From an uncultured Bacteroidales bacterium (GTDB taxonomy: Bacteria; Bacteroidota; Bacteroidia; Bacteroidales; S143-33), in contig CAZYSM010000007.1 in NCBI GenBank assembly GCA_964649975.1, forward strand, positions 1,042 to 65,041: a DNA stretch of 64,000 nt, in the 5' to 3' direction. Position 1 is the stretch's first letter, and every line of letters starts with the position of its first letter. The position numbers and the translations under genes are program-made. Shown here one piece after another: positions 26,011-36,594 of this stretch. The notes under the pieces were generated by a model. It was not told where the DNA came from, made no database searches, and worked only from the letters and a program-made list of their open reading frames with translations.

Positions 26011-27249
26011 TTACTTTTTTTGCGTTGTCTCAATTACTTCATCCACGTCTTTTGGCGGATAATTAATTGGTCCAGGTTTAACCTCAGCCAGACGATATAC
26101 CTGATCTGGTTTGACTTTGGCATAAATTATCCAGCCAATACCCGTAATTATCATTATCACTGAAATTATTTGTGCCTGCGTGGCAGATATTCCAAAGAAG
26201 TGGTAACGGTTGGTTATACGTATGAATTCAATGAAAAATCGTTCCAGACCGGCCAGAATGAGATAAAGGGAAAACAGAACTCCTGGCGTTTTAATTTTTT
26301 TCCGCAAACTCCACAGGATGATAAACACTATGAGCATTATGGTAATCTCGTATAGCGGAGTTGGAAAAACTGGCTGAGGCAATACGTGGCAATAAATGTC
26401 ATTGCAGTGCGGAATTTTCACTCCTTCGTTAATAACATTGTGCGGATAGTTATATGCCCATGCCCAGTCGGGCAAGAAAGAGAGCCATTTGGGTTTTGGT
26501 GCAGTATTGACAATGCCCCAGCATCCGTCACCTGCCAGCTGGCATCCCATACGCCCCACAGCATAACTTATAGAGAGGACTACAGCAGCTACGTCGCCTA
26601 TATGTATCAGGTTGATATTATATTTACGCAGGTAAATAGCTACAGCAATGAAGCCTACCAGAAAACCTCCGTAAAAGGCCAATCCGCCGAAGGAAAAGAT
26701 TGATCCCCATGGGTCCACCAGAAATTCATCCGGGATATGAGCAAGGATGTGGAAAATCTTTGCACCTATCAGGCCCCAGATACCTCCTACAACGATTAGG
26801 TTCCCGATGAGTTCGTGAGGCCACATTTTACGGGCTATCAATTTGGGCTTTGGTAATTTACGTTTGTTCTTGTCCCACCAAACGTATAGGGCTGTTAGTA
26901 AGCCAATTATAATTCCGCCTGTTGTACTGCCACCTCCGGAAACAAGAAAGCCCTGAGGGTCTAAAACAAATTCGTTGTAATGTTCAAAGGCTGCCACTAA
27001 TTTGTATCCAATCAATCCAGCTATTACAAATGCCAGTAGCAATTCGTGTATTTTAGCTGGTTCTCCGATTTTTTCCTTAACGTAGAAAGGTAAAAACAAT
27101 CCTTCTTTTTCCTTACGTTTTATTTCATAATACGCTACTATAGCCCCGACGGTAAAGGCCAGAGCTACCATAAATCCATATGTCTGGATAGGCAGTGGAA
27201 TATATATTCCGAAAATATCTTTTATTAAATCCGATAATCTGGGGTACAT
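26011..27249 (-). CDS. lgt: prolipoprotein diacylglyceryl transferase, long Bacteroidota-type form
   Basis: Polytopic membrane protein. The N-terminus YIPLPIQTYGFMVALAF, the segment GRMGCQLAGDGCWG (in place of GRxGNFxNxE) and TPLYE are Lgt-like. This is a recognition-level call only. Confidence 0.7.
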   Translation of the reverse strand: MYPRLSDLIKDIFGIYIPLPIQTYGFMVALAFTVGAIVAYYEIKRKEKEGLFLPFYVKEKIGEPAKIHELLLAFVIAGLIGYKLVAAFEHYNEFVLDPQGFLVSGGGSTTGGIIIGLLTALYVWWDKNKRKLPKPKLIARKMWPHELIGNLIVVGGIWGLIGAKIFHILAHIPDEFLVDPWGSIFSFGGLAFYGGFLVGFIAVAIYLRKYNINLIHIGDVAAVVLSISYAVGRMGCQLAGDGCWGIVNTAPKPKWLSFLPDWAWAYNYPHNVINEGVKIPHCNDIYCHVLPQPVFPTPLYEITIMLIVFIILWSLRKKIKTPGVLFSLYLILAGLERFFIEFIRITNRYHFFGISATQAQIISVIMIITGIGWIIYAKVKPDQVYRLAEVKPGPINYPPKDVDEVIETTQKK

Positions 27250-27270
27250 AGCAAATAAAATTTTTTTCGT

Positions 27271-27942
27271 TTATTCAAAAAGCATTTTTTCAATATAATC
27301 TTTATAATCTTTCATTGCCTTGATAATAAGGCTTTTAGCTTCCTCTGCATTATAGATATGTGTAATTTCACACCTTTGCAAGGCAATATCTGGCATATCT
27401 TTGTATGTAAGGAAATAGTGTTTGAGACGTTCAATAACTGGTTTGGGAACCTGGGAAATATCTGTATATTTACCGTAAACAGCATCGTTTTTGAGCACAG
27501 CCACTATTTTATCATCAGCTTCATTTCCGTCAATCATCCGGAAGCCACCGATAGGAATTGCTCTTACCAGTATATCGCCAGAAGCCACAGTTTTTTCTGT
27601 TAATACGCATATATCCAGTGGGTCACCGTCGCCTATAATTTCTGGACGTTTGAGGATATCTGCGCTGGTTTTGCCCACTCTTTCCCCACAATAAGTTTGT
27701 GGCAGGAAGCCATAAAGAGCTGGCAAAATGCTTGAATATTTCTGAGGACGGTCAATAATACGGTATCCTGTTTCTTTGTGTACTTCATATTTAACGGTAT
27801 CTGTGGTAACCATTTCTATGAAACAAATAACCTCGTTAGGGGCGTTTTGGCCAATATTAACGCCATGCCACGGATGTGCTTTGTGTCTTAGTCCCAGGAG
27901 TTTACCAATAGGGTCGGGACTGTAATTGAACTTTTTTCCCAT
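27271..27942 (-). CDS. ppa: family I inorganic pyrophosphatase (long form)
   Basis: Motifs YEVHKETG, YGFLPQT, GDGDPLDICVL, DDKIVAV. Confidence 0.9.
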   Translation of the reverse strand: MGKKFNYSPDPIGKLLGLRHKAHPWHGVNIGQNAPNEVICFIEMVTTDTVKYEVHKETGYRIIDRPQKYSSILPALYGFLPQTYCGERVGKTSADILKRPEIIGDGDPLDICVLTEKTVASGDILVRAIPIGGFRMIDGNEADDKIVAVLKNDAVYGKYTDISQVPKPVIERLKHYFLTYKDMPDIALQRCEITHIYNAEEAKSLIIKAMKDYKDYIEKMLFE

Positions 27943-28077
27943 GATAATGCAATTTTGAAAATATTTACCAAAAATATATTTTTTGCTAAAAATATTTATG
28001 GAATGAAGGAATATTTTTTTATTCCTGATGAAAATTTGTATTTTTAAGTTCCATTATTAATCAAAAAAGCAAGCATT

Positions 28078-28956
28078 ATGGAAAAGAGAGTTATTGGTGA
28101 TTCCGAACTTGTTTTGGCCAGTGACGGCAGTGTATATCATCTGCGTTTGCTGCCCCAGGATATTGCAGACACTATTCTTTTGGTTGGCGACCCAGGTCGC
28201 GTAGAACTAATAGGTTCCTTATTTGATAAAATTGAATTGAAAAAACACAACAGGGAGTTTTATACCATTACGGGATATTACAAAGGTAAGCGTCTGACAG
28301 CCTTATCCACAGGTATAGGCACGGATAACATTGACATTGTTATTAATGAGCTGGATGCCCTTGTTAATATTGATTTGCATAGCCGTACTATCAAGGACGA
28401 ACATACTACTTTGAATTTTATCCGTATAGGCACTACAGGATCTTTGCAGCCGGATATACCTGTGGATGCACCAGTTGTTGCAAAAGTATCATTGGGCTTT
28501 GATAATTTGCTTAATTTTTATGCAGATCGCGACAAGGCTTCGGATAAGGATATGGAGGAAAAATTCATTGAATTTATTGGCTGGCCAGATGTTCTGCATC
28601 GTCCCTACTTTGTCCATTCCAGTGATCAGTTGTTTGACATGATAGCTCATGATATGCATTACGGAATAACCATTGCTGCACCAGGCTTTTATGGTCCACA
28701 AGGACGTTATCTGCGTTTGCAGCCCCTTGTGCCGGATCTGAACGAACGTTTACGCCAGTTTGAATATAATGGTTTGCGTATTACTAATTACGAGATGGAA
28801 AGCTCTGCTCTGTACGGATTATCACGTTTGCTCGGACATAATGCCCTGGCTCTGTGCAATGTAATAGCAAACCGTTTCCGTAAAGAGTTTAGCCCGGATT
28901 ACAAGAAAGCCATTAAAAACACTATCCAGAAGGTATTGGACAGATTGACAAGTTAA
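28078..28956 (+). CDS. PNP/UDP-family nucleoside phosphorylase
   Basis: Motifs LLVGDPGRV, STGIGTDNIDIVINEL, RIGTTGSL, YEMESSALYGL. Confidence 0.8.
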   Translation: MEKRVIGDSELVLASDGSVYHLRLLPQDIADTILLVGDPGRVELIGSLFDKIELKKHNREFYTITGYYKGKRLTALSTGIGTDNIDIVINELDALVNIDLHSRTIKDEHTTLNFIRIGTTGSLQPDIPVDAPVVAKVSLGFDNLLNFYADRDKASDKDMEEKFIEFIGWPDVLHRPYFVHSSDQLFDMIAHDMHYGITIAAPGFYGPQGRYLRLQPLVPDLNERLRQFEYNGLRITNYEMESSALYGLSRLLGHNALALCNVIANRFRKEFSPDYKKAIKNTIQKVLDRLTS

Positions 28957-28962
28957 TTTCCT

Positions 28963-29802
28963 ATGGAAACACAGGAAATTAAAGCTCTGATAAAACTGTT
29001 GGACGAGCAGGATGAATATATTATCGGCCAGGTGGAAGAACGTTTGCAGCAGTATTATAATATGCTGCCAGTCTCCACCTGGTCGGTTTATTTACAGGAC
29101 TTGCCGGATAGACAAAAACAAAGGTTATATGAAATTCTGAAAAAATTTAATTATGACTGGGTGCTGGAACAGATGCGCATTTGGGCAGCCAGTCCACAAG
29201 TCCTGAGCTATGGATTGTATCTGGTATCCCGTGTTTTCTCACCTCTGCTGGAATTTCCGGATTTTGCCGGACTTTTATATTCTTTTAATAAATCTTTCCC
29301 CGATGAGTTTAATAATTTTCCTGTCAAAGACAAGGCTGTGCTTCTGGTAAAGGCTTTTACAGAATGGTATAGAGGCTATCCCAATGAAATTTTCAAAAGT
29401 GATAGTCCGGCAGCCTTTGACCCTTATGCTGTTTTGATGCTCAGGGAAGGATCTGTGATTACTATTTCGCTGTTGATGTGCGCTGTAATGGAGAAATATG
29501 GTTTACATTGGCTTGTAGTCAGCGATGCCCGTCTGCGTTATACTTATGTTGTTGTACCTGAACAAGATGACGATTTTTTTGTTATAGATACCCGGAATTC
29601 CATTATCACGCAAAGCCTTCCTTTTTCCCGTGATGATATTATCCGTGAGCTACACAAGGGATATTTAAAAAATAATCTGCTGAGTATGAAGTCTCTGGTT
29701 ATGGGCTTGTTACAGGAGGGAATTTTCCCTGAAAATAGTATGCAAGATGAATGGCAAATTATTAACCGTTTTAATTATTTGTTATCTTTGCACTCTCAAT
29801 AA
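28963..29802 (+). CDS. hypothetical protein (possibly an inactive transglutaminase-like/SirB1-like fold)
   Basis: ORF of normal composition between two conserved genes. The segment SLLMCAVMEKYGL...FFVIDTRN only weakly resembles the transglutaminase-like core. Confidence 0.45.
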   Translation: METQEIKALIKLLDEQDEYIIGQVEERLQQYYNMLPVSTWSVYLQDLPDRQKQRLYEILKKFNYDWVLEQMRIWAASPQVLSYGLYLVSRVFSPLLEFPDFAGLLYSFNKSFPDEFNNFPVKDKAVLLVKAFTEWYRGYPNEIFKSDSPAAFDPYAVLMLREGSVITISLLMCAVMEKYGLHWLVVSDARLRYTYVVVPEQDDDFFVIDTRNSIITQSLPFSRDDIIRELHKGYLKNNLLSMKSLVMGLLQEGIFPENSMQDEWQIINRFNYLLSLHSQ

Positions 29803-29814
29803 AATAAACAGGTT

Positions 29815-30870
29815 ATGGATAGAGTATTGGTAGCAATGAGCGGTGGCATAGACAGTTCTATATCGGCTTATCTTTTACAAAAGGAAGGTTACGAGGTTAT
29901 AGGTATTACTTTTGTCAATTACATAGAAAATCCGGATGACCCTTCGGAATTGCAGTTTGTCAATGACGCTAAGTTAGTAGCTGATTTCCTGGGAATAAAA
30001 CATATTGTCATTGATATACAGGAGGATTTTAAGGCTATTGTTGAATATTTTGTTAAGGAATATTTTAACGGACGTACACCTAACCCATGTGTGTTCTGTA
30101 ATCCTACGATTAAATGGCGTGTGTTTGTGGAACATGCTGATTTGTTGGGTGTTAATTATATAGCTACCGGGCACTATGCCCTGAAAAAATATGAAAACGG
30201 ACGTTATTTTATAAGCAAAGGTAAGGATATAACAAAGGACCAGTCCTATTTCCTTTACCGTTTACCTCAGTCCTATTTACAGCGTACGCTTTTTCCGCTG
30301 GGGCAATATACCAAGGATGAAATTAGGCGTATGGCAGGAGACCTTGGTTTACATCGCCTGGTTCAGAAACGGGAAAGTTATGATGTGTGTTTTATAAAAA
30401 ATCAGGATTACCGTGATTTTTTGAAGAAATATGCCGAGAAAAACAATATTGAAATAAAGCCAGGTAAAATAGTGGATGTAAATGGCAATGTTGTAGGCCG
30501 TCACGATGGGCTGGCTTTTTATACCATTGGTCAGCGCCGGGGCCTGGGGGTGGCTATGGGCTATCCAGCTTATGTAAAAGATATTGATGTTAAGAATAAT
30601 ACCATTGTAATTGCGCCCAGGGAGGAACTGGCTAAAAATGAAATTACTGTTAAAGACTGGGTGTTGATGAAATATGAAGCTTTGCCTGAACAAGGATTAA
30701 AGGTGCAGGTCAAAATCCGTTATCGTGATAATGGTACACCAGCTCTGATAAAGCCCGAGGGAGATATTATACGCGTATATTTTTCCTCACCTGCCTATGG
30801 GATAACCCCAGGACAATCTGCTGTGTTTTATGAGGGAGATGATGTTGTTGGCGGTGGAGTTATTGCGTGA
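29815..30870 (+). CDS. mnmA: tRNA 2-thiouridine(34) synthase
   Basis: PP-loop VAMSGGIDSS, NPCVFCN, ATGHYA, KDQSYFL. Confidence 0.9.
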   Translation: MDRVLVAMSGGIDSSISAYLLQKEGYEVIGITFVNYIENPDDPSELQFVNDAKLVADFLGIKHIVIDIQEDFKAIVEYFVKEYFNGRTPNPCVFCNPTIKWRVFVEHADLLGVNYIATGHYALKKYENGRYFISKGKDITKDQSYFLYRLPQSYLQRTLFPLGQYTKDEIRRMAGDLGLHRLVQKRESYDVCFIKNQDYRDFLKKYAEKNNIEIKPGKIVDVNGNVVGRHDGLAFYTIGQRRGLGVAMGYPAYVKDIDVKNNTIVIAPREELAKNEITVKDWVLMKYEALPEQGLKVQVKIRYRDNGTPALIKPEGDIIRVYFSSPAYGITPGQSAVFYEGDDVVGGGVIA

Positions 30871-33800
30871 TAGCAGCGTGGTTTTCAATTACTTTTTTGA
30901 AAACATGAGTAAAAGCATTTTGCGAACTCATTATTTCTGTTATCAAATACCTGTCAGAGATTAGAGCATCAAAGAAATCAGATCGTTTGATTATAATTAA
31001 TTGTGAATTTTCATCTATATTAAGCGTTTGTGTGAAAATGTCCAGGTTTATTCCCCGGATTAAGATTTGTTCATTAACGAAATGATGTGTGGCATCCGAT
31101 ACATGGCCTTTTAGGATAATAATGATAACATCGTCTTTGAAAGCACTATAATCAAATTGCATTCCTTTATTTAAATTGACTATCTCGGCCTGTTCTGCTA
31201 TTTTTATCAAATTATTTTCCGCAACATTGAAGAAAAGAGGATGACGTTTGAAATACTTAATTTTGTCCTGGATAAGAAAGCCATTATGGGATAATATTTT
31301 TATCAATCTTTGTTTGCGGGGCGACATATTAGCCAGATAATCAAAGCATTTAACTGGATTCTCGTCAAAAATAATTTTAGCAGCAGTGGAATAAACAATT
31401 TCTTCGGTGTGATATAAAGCGGCAAATATCTCATCCGGAATATCACTTTTGCGTATTATGCTCAGTACTTTCTGGATATTTTCCTTGTTCCATATCACTA
31501 TGTCCGAATAATCATGCATAGTTACTTTTTGTTCACCAGCAGATTTTTTATAAATCCTTCCCAGCACTTCTATTGCTTTGGCTATTGTCCAGGGACTTAT
31601 CTTATTGTAATCCCTCAGGATAATATCTTTTAATCTTTGTTCAAAGCTCATTCGTTTTTGGGGAAAGCGTTTGCTCAAACGTTTAATTTTTATTGAAGGA
31701 GCAACATCCTCAAAAATAGGACTTACCAATTTTTTTATGTCTGATTCGAAGAAATTGTCTATAATTTCCAGAGCAAAGATAATTTCCTTGCCTACGATAT
31801 TTTTCTGTATTAAGGTAATAATTCTTGGTTCGTAAATAAAACTCAGCAGCAGGAACAATATTTCCAGGTTGAGATCTTTTTCGTATTCCAGTGCCATAAA
31901 CAGTTTGAGAGTGCCTTTTTTGTCATACAGGTCTTCAATAGTGGTATAAATCCATGCCAGATTTTCAACTGTTTCTTCCAATCTTTTCTTTATTTTTTCT
32001 CTGGTATCTTCTTGAGCCTGGAACTTGCAGAAAAATAGTCCCCAGATAGCTTCCAGCTGTACTTCACGATCGGGGTAGTCCATGTGTTTTAGTAACAATT
32101 TTTTAGCTTCCCTTGTTCCAATCTTCGCATAGATTTCCAGGATTTTCAACAAAACATCCCGCGGAGCGTGGGCATCAAAATATTCGTCAAGATATTTGAG
32201 AACCATAGAACCGAATTCCAGTATCACATTTCCGACAATATGCCGGTATTCCTTGTTTTCTATATAACTGACGAGTTTGCGTATTATAGTATCGGTTTTC
32301 AGAACAGGACTAATATTAATGGCTGCCAGACGGATGTATTTATTTTCGTCTTCCATTAATTTGATTAACTCTTCTTCCTGGGGACGATATAATTTTTTGT
32401 GGATGTATTTTATCAATTTAATTCTATCCTTATAGTTATCAGAATAAAGCAATTCCTGAGCCTGTTCCAATGAAATTTCTTCGTTAATTTCCGAATAATC
32501 AAGGAATTCATAAGCGCGTTTGGCAATAAGTTTTGTTTCCTCATCCAGGTTTAGTTCCAATAAAGTATTAATCACTTTTGCCAGACGTTTCCGCCAGGTA
32601 GGGTCAATACTCTTGAGTAATATACGGATAAGGAATTCCTCATTGTGTTGTTTGAGTATTGATGAGGCGTAAGGTTCCAGTATTTTAGGATTTTCCTCGG
32701 ATAATATCGTGGCCGAAAATTCTATGAGTTCAAGGTCGTCACTAACCAGACGTTTTTTCAGAATTTCGCTTCCGTATTGGTACTTATCTGTGCCACGGCG
32801 TTTGTCTTTACTTATTTCCGCAAGGATTTCACGGATTTTTTCCTTGTAAGATTTGTATAAATTTATTGCTACATATACCCAGAAAAGGACAATAGGCAAT
32901 ACCAGCAAAGGATAATATTGCAGCTGAAAACCTTTATCCGTGACCAGCAGCCGGTTAGCCAGCCAGAGCAGTATTCCGGCAATGCCTATGGAAAGCTGCA
33001 TGACAACTCCTACGCGGACCTGTACAGCCAGTTTTTTGTCATCAGGTAGTGGCTGATATAGTATGTTGAAAGCCGGGTCATCCAGTCCGCGCCGTAGTAT
33101 CCTTTCCATGGATTTGAGAAGGGTCATCACGCCCAAAAACAGCACAGTATTTGCTCCGAAAACAAGCGCAATAAATGCCCCCAGCAGGATAAGACTCGTT
33201 GAGGTGAGGGGTAATATTGTAAGCCCCAATCTTACTCCGTAATGGCTCAGTAAACGTCTGGAATAATACGAAATTATGAGTTCGCCTACTTTCAGAGCAC
33301 CGAAGACAATACCAAGATATTGAGCTACATGGTCAGGACTTATAGATACTTTTACAGAAGATAGGAAGCCAAAGTCCACTAAATAAATCATAGTCATGGA
33401 CAGGGTGGCTCCGAGGAAAATCCAAACAAAATACTTTTCTTTTAAGAGAGAGAAAAAGCTTATTTTCGGCTTTTCTGTCTTCTGTTTTACTGTGATTTTT
33501 ATGTCTTCTTTTTCTCCGGATACCTTATAAATCCATTGCAAAATGATTATAGCAACGATAAGAGCGCCAGCTCCAATGTATAGCAGAAAATATAAATGCG
33601 GAACGATGGATTTTAGAAAAGGAATAGCAAAATAACTCAAAATGGCAGCCAGCACTCCGCCCATATTAAACAGTCCGTATAGGCGTTTTACTTGAGCCAG
33701 ATTGAGAAAACGTATAGCCAGGCCGCCCAGTTCTATTGCAGAAAGTGAAATAAAAGGCCATGCCCAGATAAAGACAAAGATGCTAAGTATTTTTTCCGGA

Positions 33801-34126
33801 ACATAATGTAATCCGATAGGCCCTACCAGGCTTATAAGAAACATAAACAGCAGAGCGCCCATAAAGAGCATCCGGCTGTTAACATATTTCTGTGCCAGGG
33901 AATAAAGACTACTGGTGAGATAGCCAAATATCCCGGCCAGGATATATGCATAAGGAAGTTGCTGGCTGCCGTAGTTAACAATAAAGATAGAGTTTGCCGA
34001 AACAAAGTAAAAAGCAACAAACCAACCTATAAAAAAACTGTGTAAAAATAGCAGAACGAAAATATCAACTTCCTTTTCTTTGAGCTCTAAATTTTTTATT
34101 AAGAATGTCCTGAATTTTTCCAGCAT
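30860..34126 (-). CDS. large fusion protein: N-terminal about 12-TM MFS/TLC(ATP/ADP-translocase)-like transporter domain, HEAT-like repeats, C-terminal cyclic-nucleotide-binding-like domain
   Basis: Hydrophobic helices are encoded from 34126 down to about 32850. Armadillo/HEAT-like repeats span about 31500-32800 (for example DREVQLEAIWGL, IRLAAINISPVL). The C-terminus has a beta-barrel pattern, FKRHPLFFNVAENNLIKIAEQAEIVNLNKG...IIIILKGHV, but no clear phosphate-binding cassette. Confidence 0.6.
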   Translation of the reverse strand: MLEKFRTFLIKNLELKEKEVDIFVLLFLHSFFIGWFVAFYFVSANSIFIVNYGSQQLPYAYILAGIFGYLTSSLYSLAQKYVNSRMLFMGALLFMFLISLVGPIGLHYVPEKILSIFVFIWAWPFISLSAIELGGLAIRFLNLAQVKRLYGLFNMGGVLAAILSYFAIPFLKSIVPHLYFLLYIGAGALIVAIIILQWIYKVSGEKEDIKITVKQKTEKPKISFFSLLKEKYFVWIFLGATLSMTMIYLVDFGFLSSVKVSISPDHVAQYLGIVFGALKVGELIISYYSRRLLSHYGVRLGLTILPLTSTSLILLGAFIALVFGANTVLFLGVMTLLKSMERILRRGLDDPAFNILYQPLPDDKKLAVQVRVGVVMQLSIGIAGILLWLANRLLVTDKGFQLQYYPLLVLPIVLFWVYVAINLYKSYKEKIREILAEISKDKRRGTDKYQYGSEILKKRLVSDDLELIEFSATILSEENPKILEPYASSILKQHNEEFLIRILLKSIDPTWRKRLAKVINTLLELNLDEETKLIAKRAYEFLDYSEINEEISLEQAQELLYSDNYKDRIKLIKYIHKKLYRPQEEELIKLMEDENKYIRLAAINISPVLKTDTIIRKLVSYIENKEYRHIVGNVILEFGSMVLKYLDEYFDAHAPRDVLLKILEIYAKIGTREAKKLLLKHMDYPDREVQLEAIWGLFFCKFQAQEDTREKIKKRLEETVENLAWIYTTIEDLYDKKGTLKLFMALEYEKDLNLEILFLLLSFIYEPRIITLIQKNIVGKEIIFALEIIDNFFESDIKKLVSPIFEDVAPSIKIKRLSKRFPQKRMSFEQRLKDIILRDYNKISPWTIAKAIEVLGRIYKKSAGEQKVTMHDYSDIVIWNKENIQKVLSIIRKSDIPDEIFAALYHTEEIVYSTAAKIIFDENPVKCFDYLANMSPRKQRLIKILSHNGFLIQDKIKYFKRHPLFFNVAENNLIKIAEQAEIVNLNKGMQFDYSAFKDDVIIIILKGHVSDATHHFVNEQILIRGINLDIFTQTLNIDENSQLIIIKRSDFFDALISDRYLITEIMSSQNAFTHVFKKVIENHAAITQ

Positions 34127-34173
34127 GAGTATTAAAACCAGTTTTAATGAGTTATATCAAAAACCGTTCTAAT

Positions 34174-35661
<1,488 letters not shown>

Positions 35662-35839
35662 TTATATTTGCCCAAAAAATAATCATAATGAATAAAATAT
35701 CAAAAAAATATTGTTTTTTAAGGAAATAGTATAAGTCACTGTAAATTAAACTACTAAAAAAATATTATAATTGTGGAAAATATTTTTTTCAATAAAAACA
35801 TAAAATTGCTTTTTTTGTAATAAAAATATTGATGTAGCG

Positions 35840-36478
35840 ATGCGAAGATATGATTTTATAGCAATAGAAGGAAATATTGGAGCAGGAAAGACATCTCTGG
35901 CTAATATGCTGGCTCGGGATTATAATGCCAAATTGATTTTGGAGCGTTTTGCAGAAAATCCTTTTTTACCCAAATTTTACGAAAATCCAGAGCGGTATGC
36001 TTTTCAGGTTGAGATGTCCTTTTTAATAGACCGTTACCAGCAGCTTATAGATGATTTGCAGGCTCTGGATTTGTTTAAAGATTTTGTAGTGGCTGATTAT
36101 TATTTTTCCAAGTCTTTGATTTTTGCAAGGAATACACTTGACGATACAGAATTTCAGCTTTACCGTCGTTTTTTCTCCGTTATATATAAAACAATACCGC
36201 GTCCGGATTTGTATGTATATTTGCATGTAGAGATTCCCCGGTTATTGGACAATATAAAAAAACGTGGACGTCCCTATGAACAGAATATCCAGGCCGATTA
36301 TCTTGAAAAAATACAGCAAGGATATTTTGAATATTTCAAACAGCAAAAGGATATGCGTTTTTTGGTGCTGGATATTAATGAGATAGATTTTGTAGAAAAT
36401 GAACAGGATTATAAACGTCTGGTTGAGATAATTTTTGAAAATGAGTACGAAATTGGTCTTAATTATATAAAACTTTAA
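35840..36478 (+). CDS. deoxynucleoside kinase
   Basis: P-loop IAIEGNIGAGKTSLA, ERF.ENPFL, RGRPYE. Confidence 0.85.
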   Translation: MRRYDFIAIEGNIGAGKTSLANMLARDYNAKLILERFAENPFLPKFYENPERYAFQVEMSFLIDRYQQLIDDLQALDLFKDFVVADYYFSKSLIFARNTLDDTEFQLYRRFFSVIYKTIPRPDLYVYLHVEIPRLLDNIKKRGRPYEQNIQADYLEKIQQGYFEYFKQQKDMRFLVLDINEIDFVENEQDYKRLVEIIFENEYEIGLNYIKL

Positions 36479-36497
36479 ATAAATTTTTTCGTAAAAC

Positions 36498-36529
36498 TTT
36501 TGACAATCAAAAAATAAATTTTACATTTG
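36498..36529 (+). promoter_or_regulatory. candidate Bacteroidota-type promoter (-33 TTTG / -7 TAnnTTTG)
   Basis: tttg at 36498-36501 and tacatttg at 36522-36529, separated by 20 nt, 66 nt upstream of the ATG at 36595. Confidence 0.4.
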
Positions 36530-36594
36530 TTTTTGGATTTTAACAATTTTTGAAATAATTTTAAATTCTGAAAAACCTAAAACATTTAATCATT

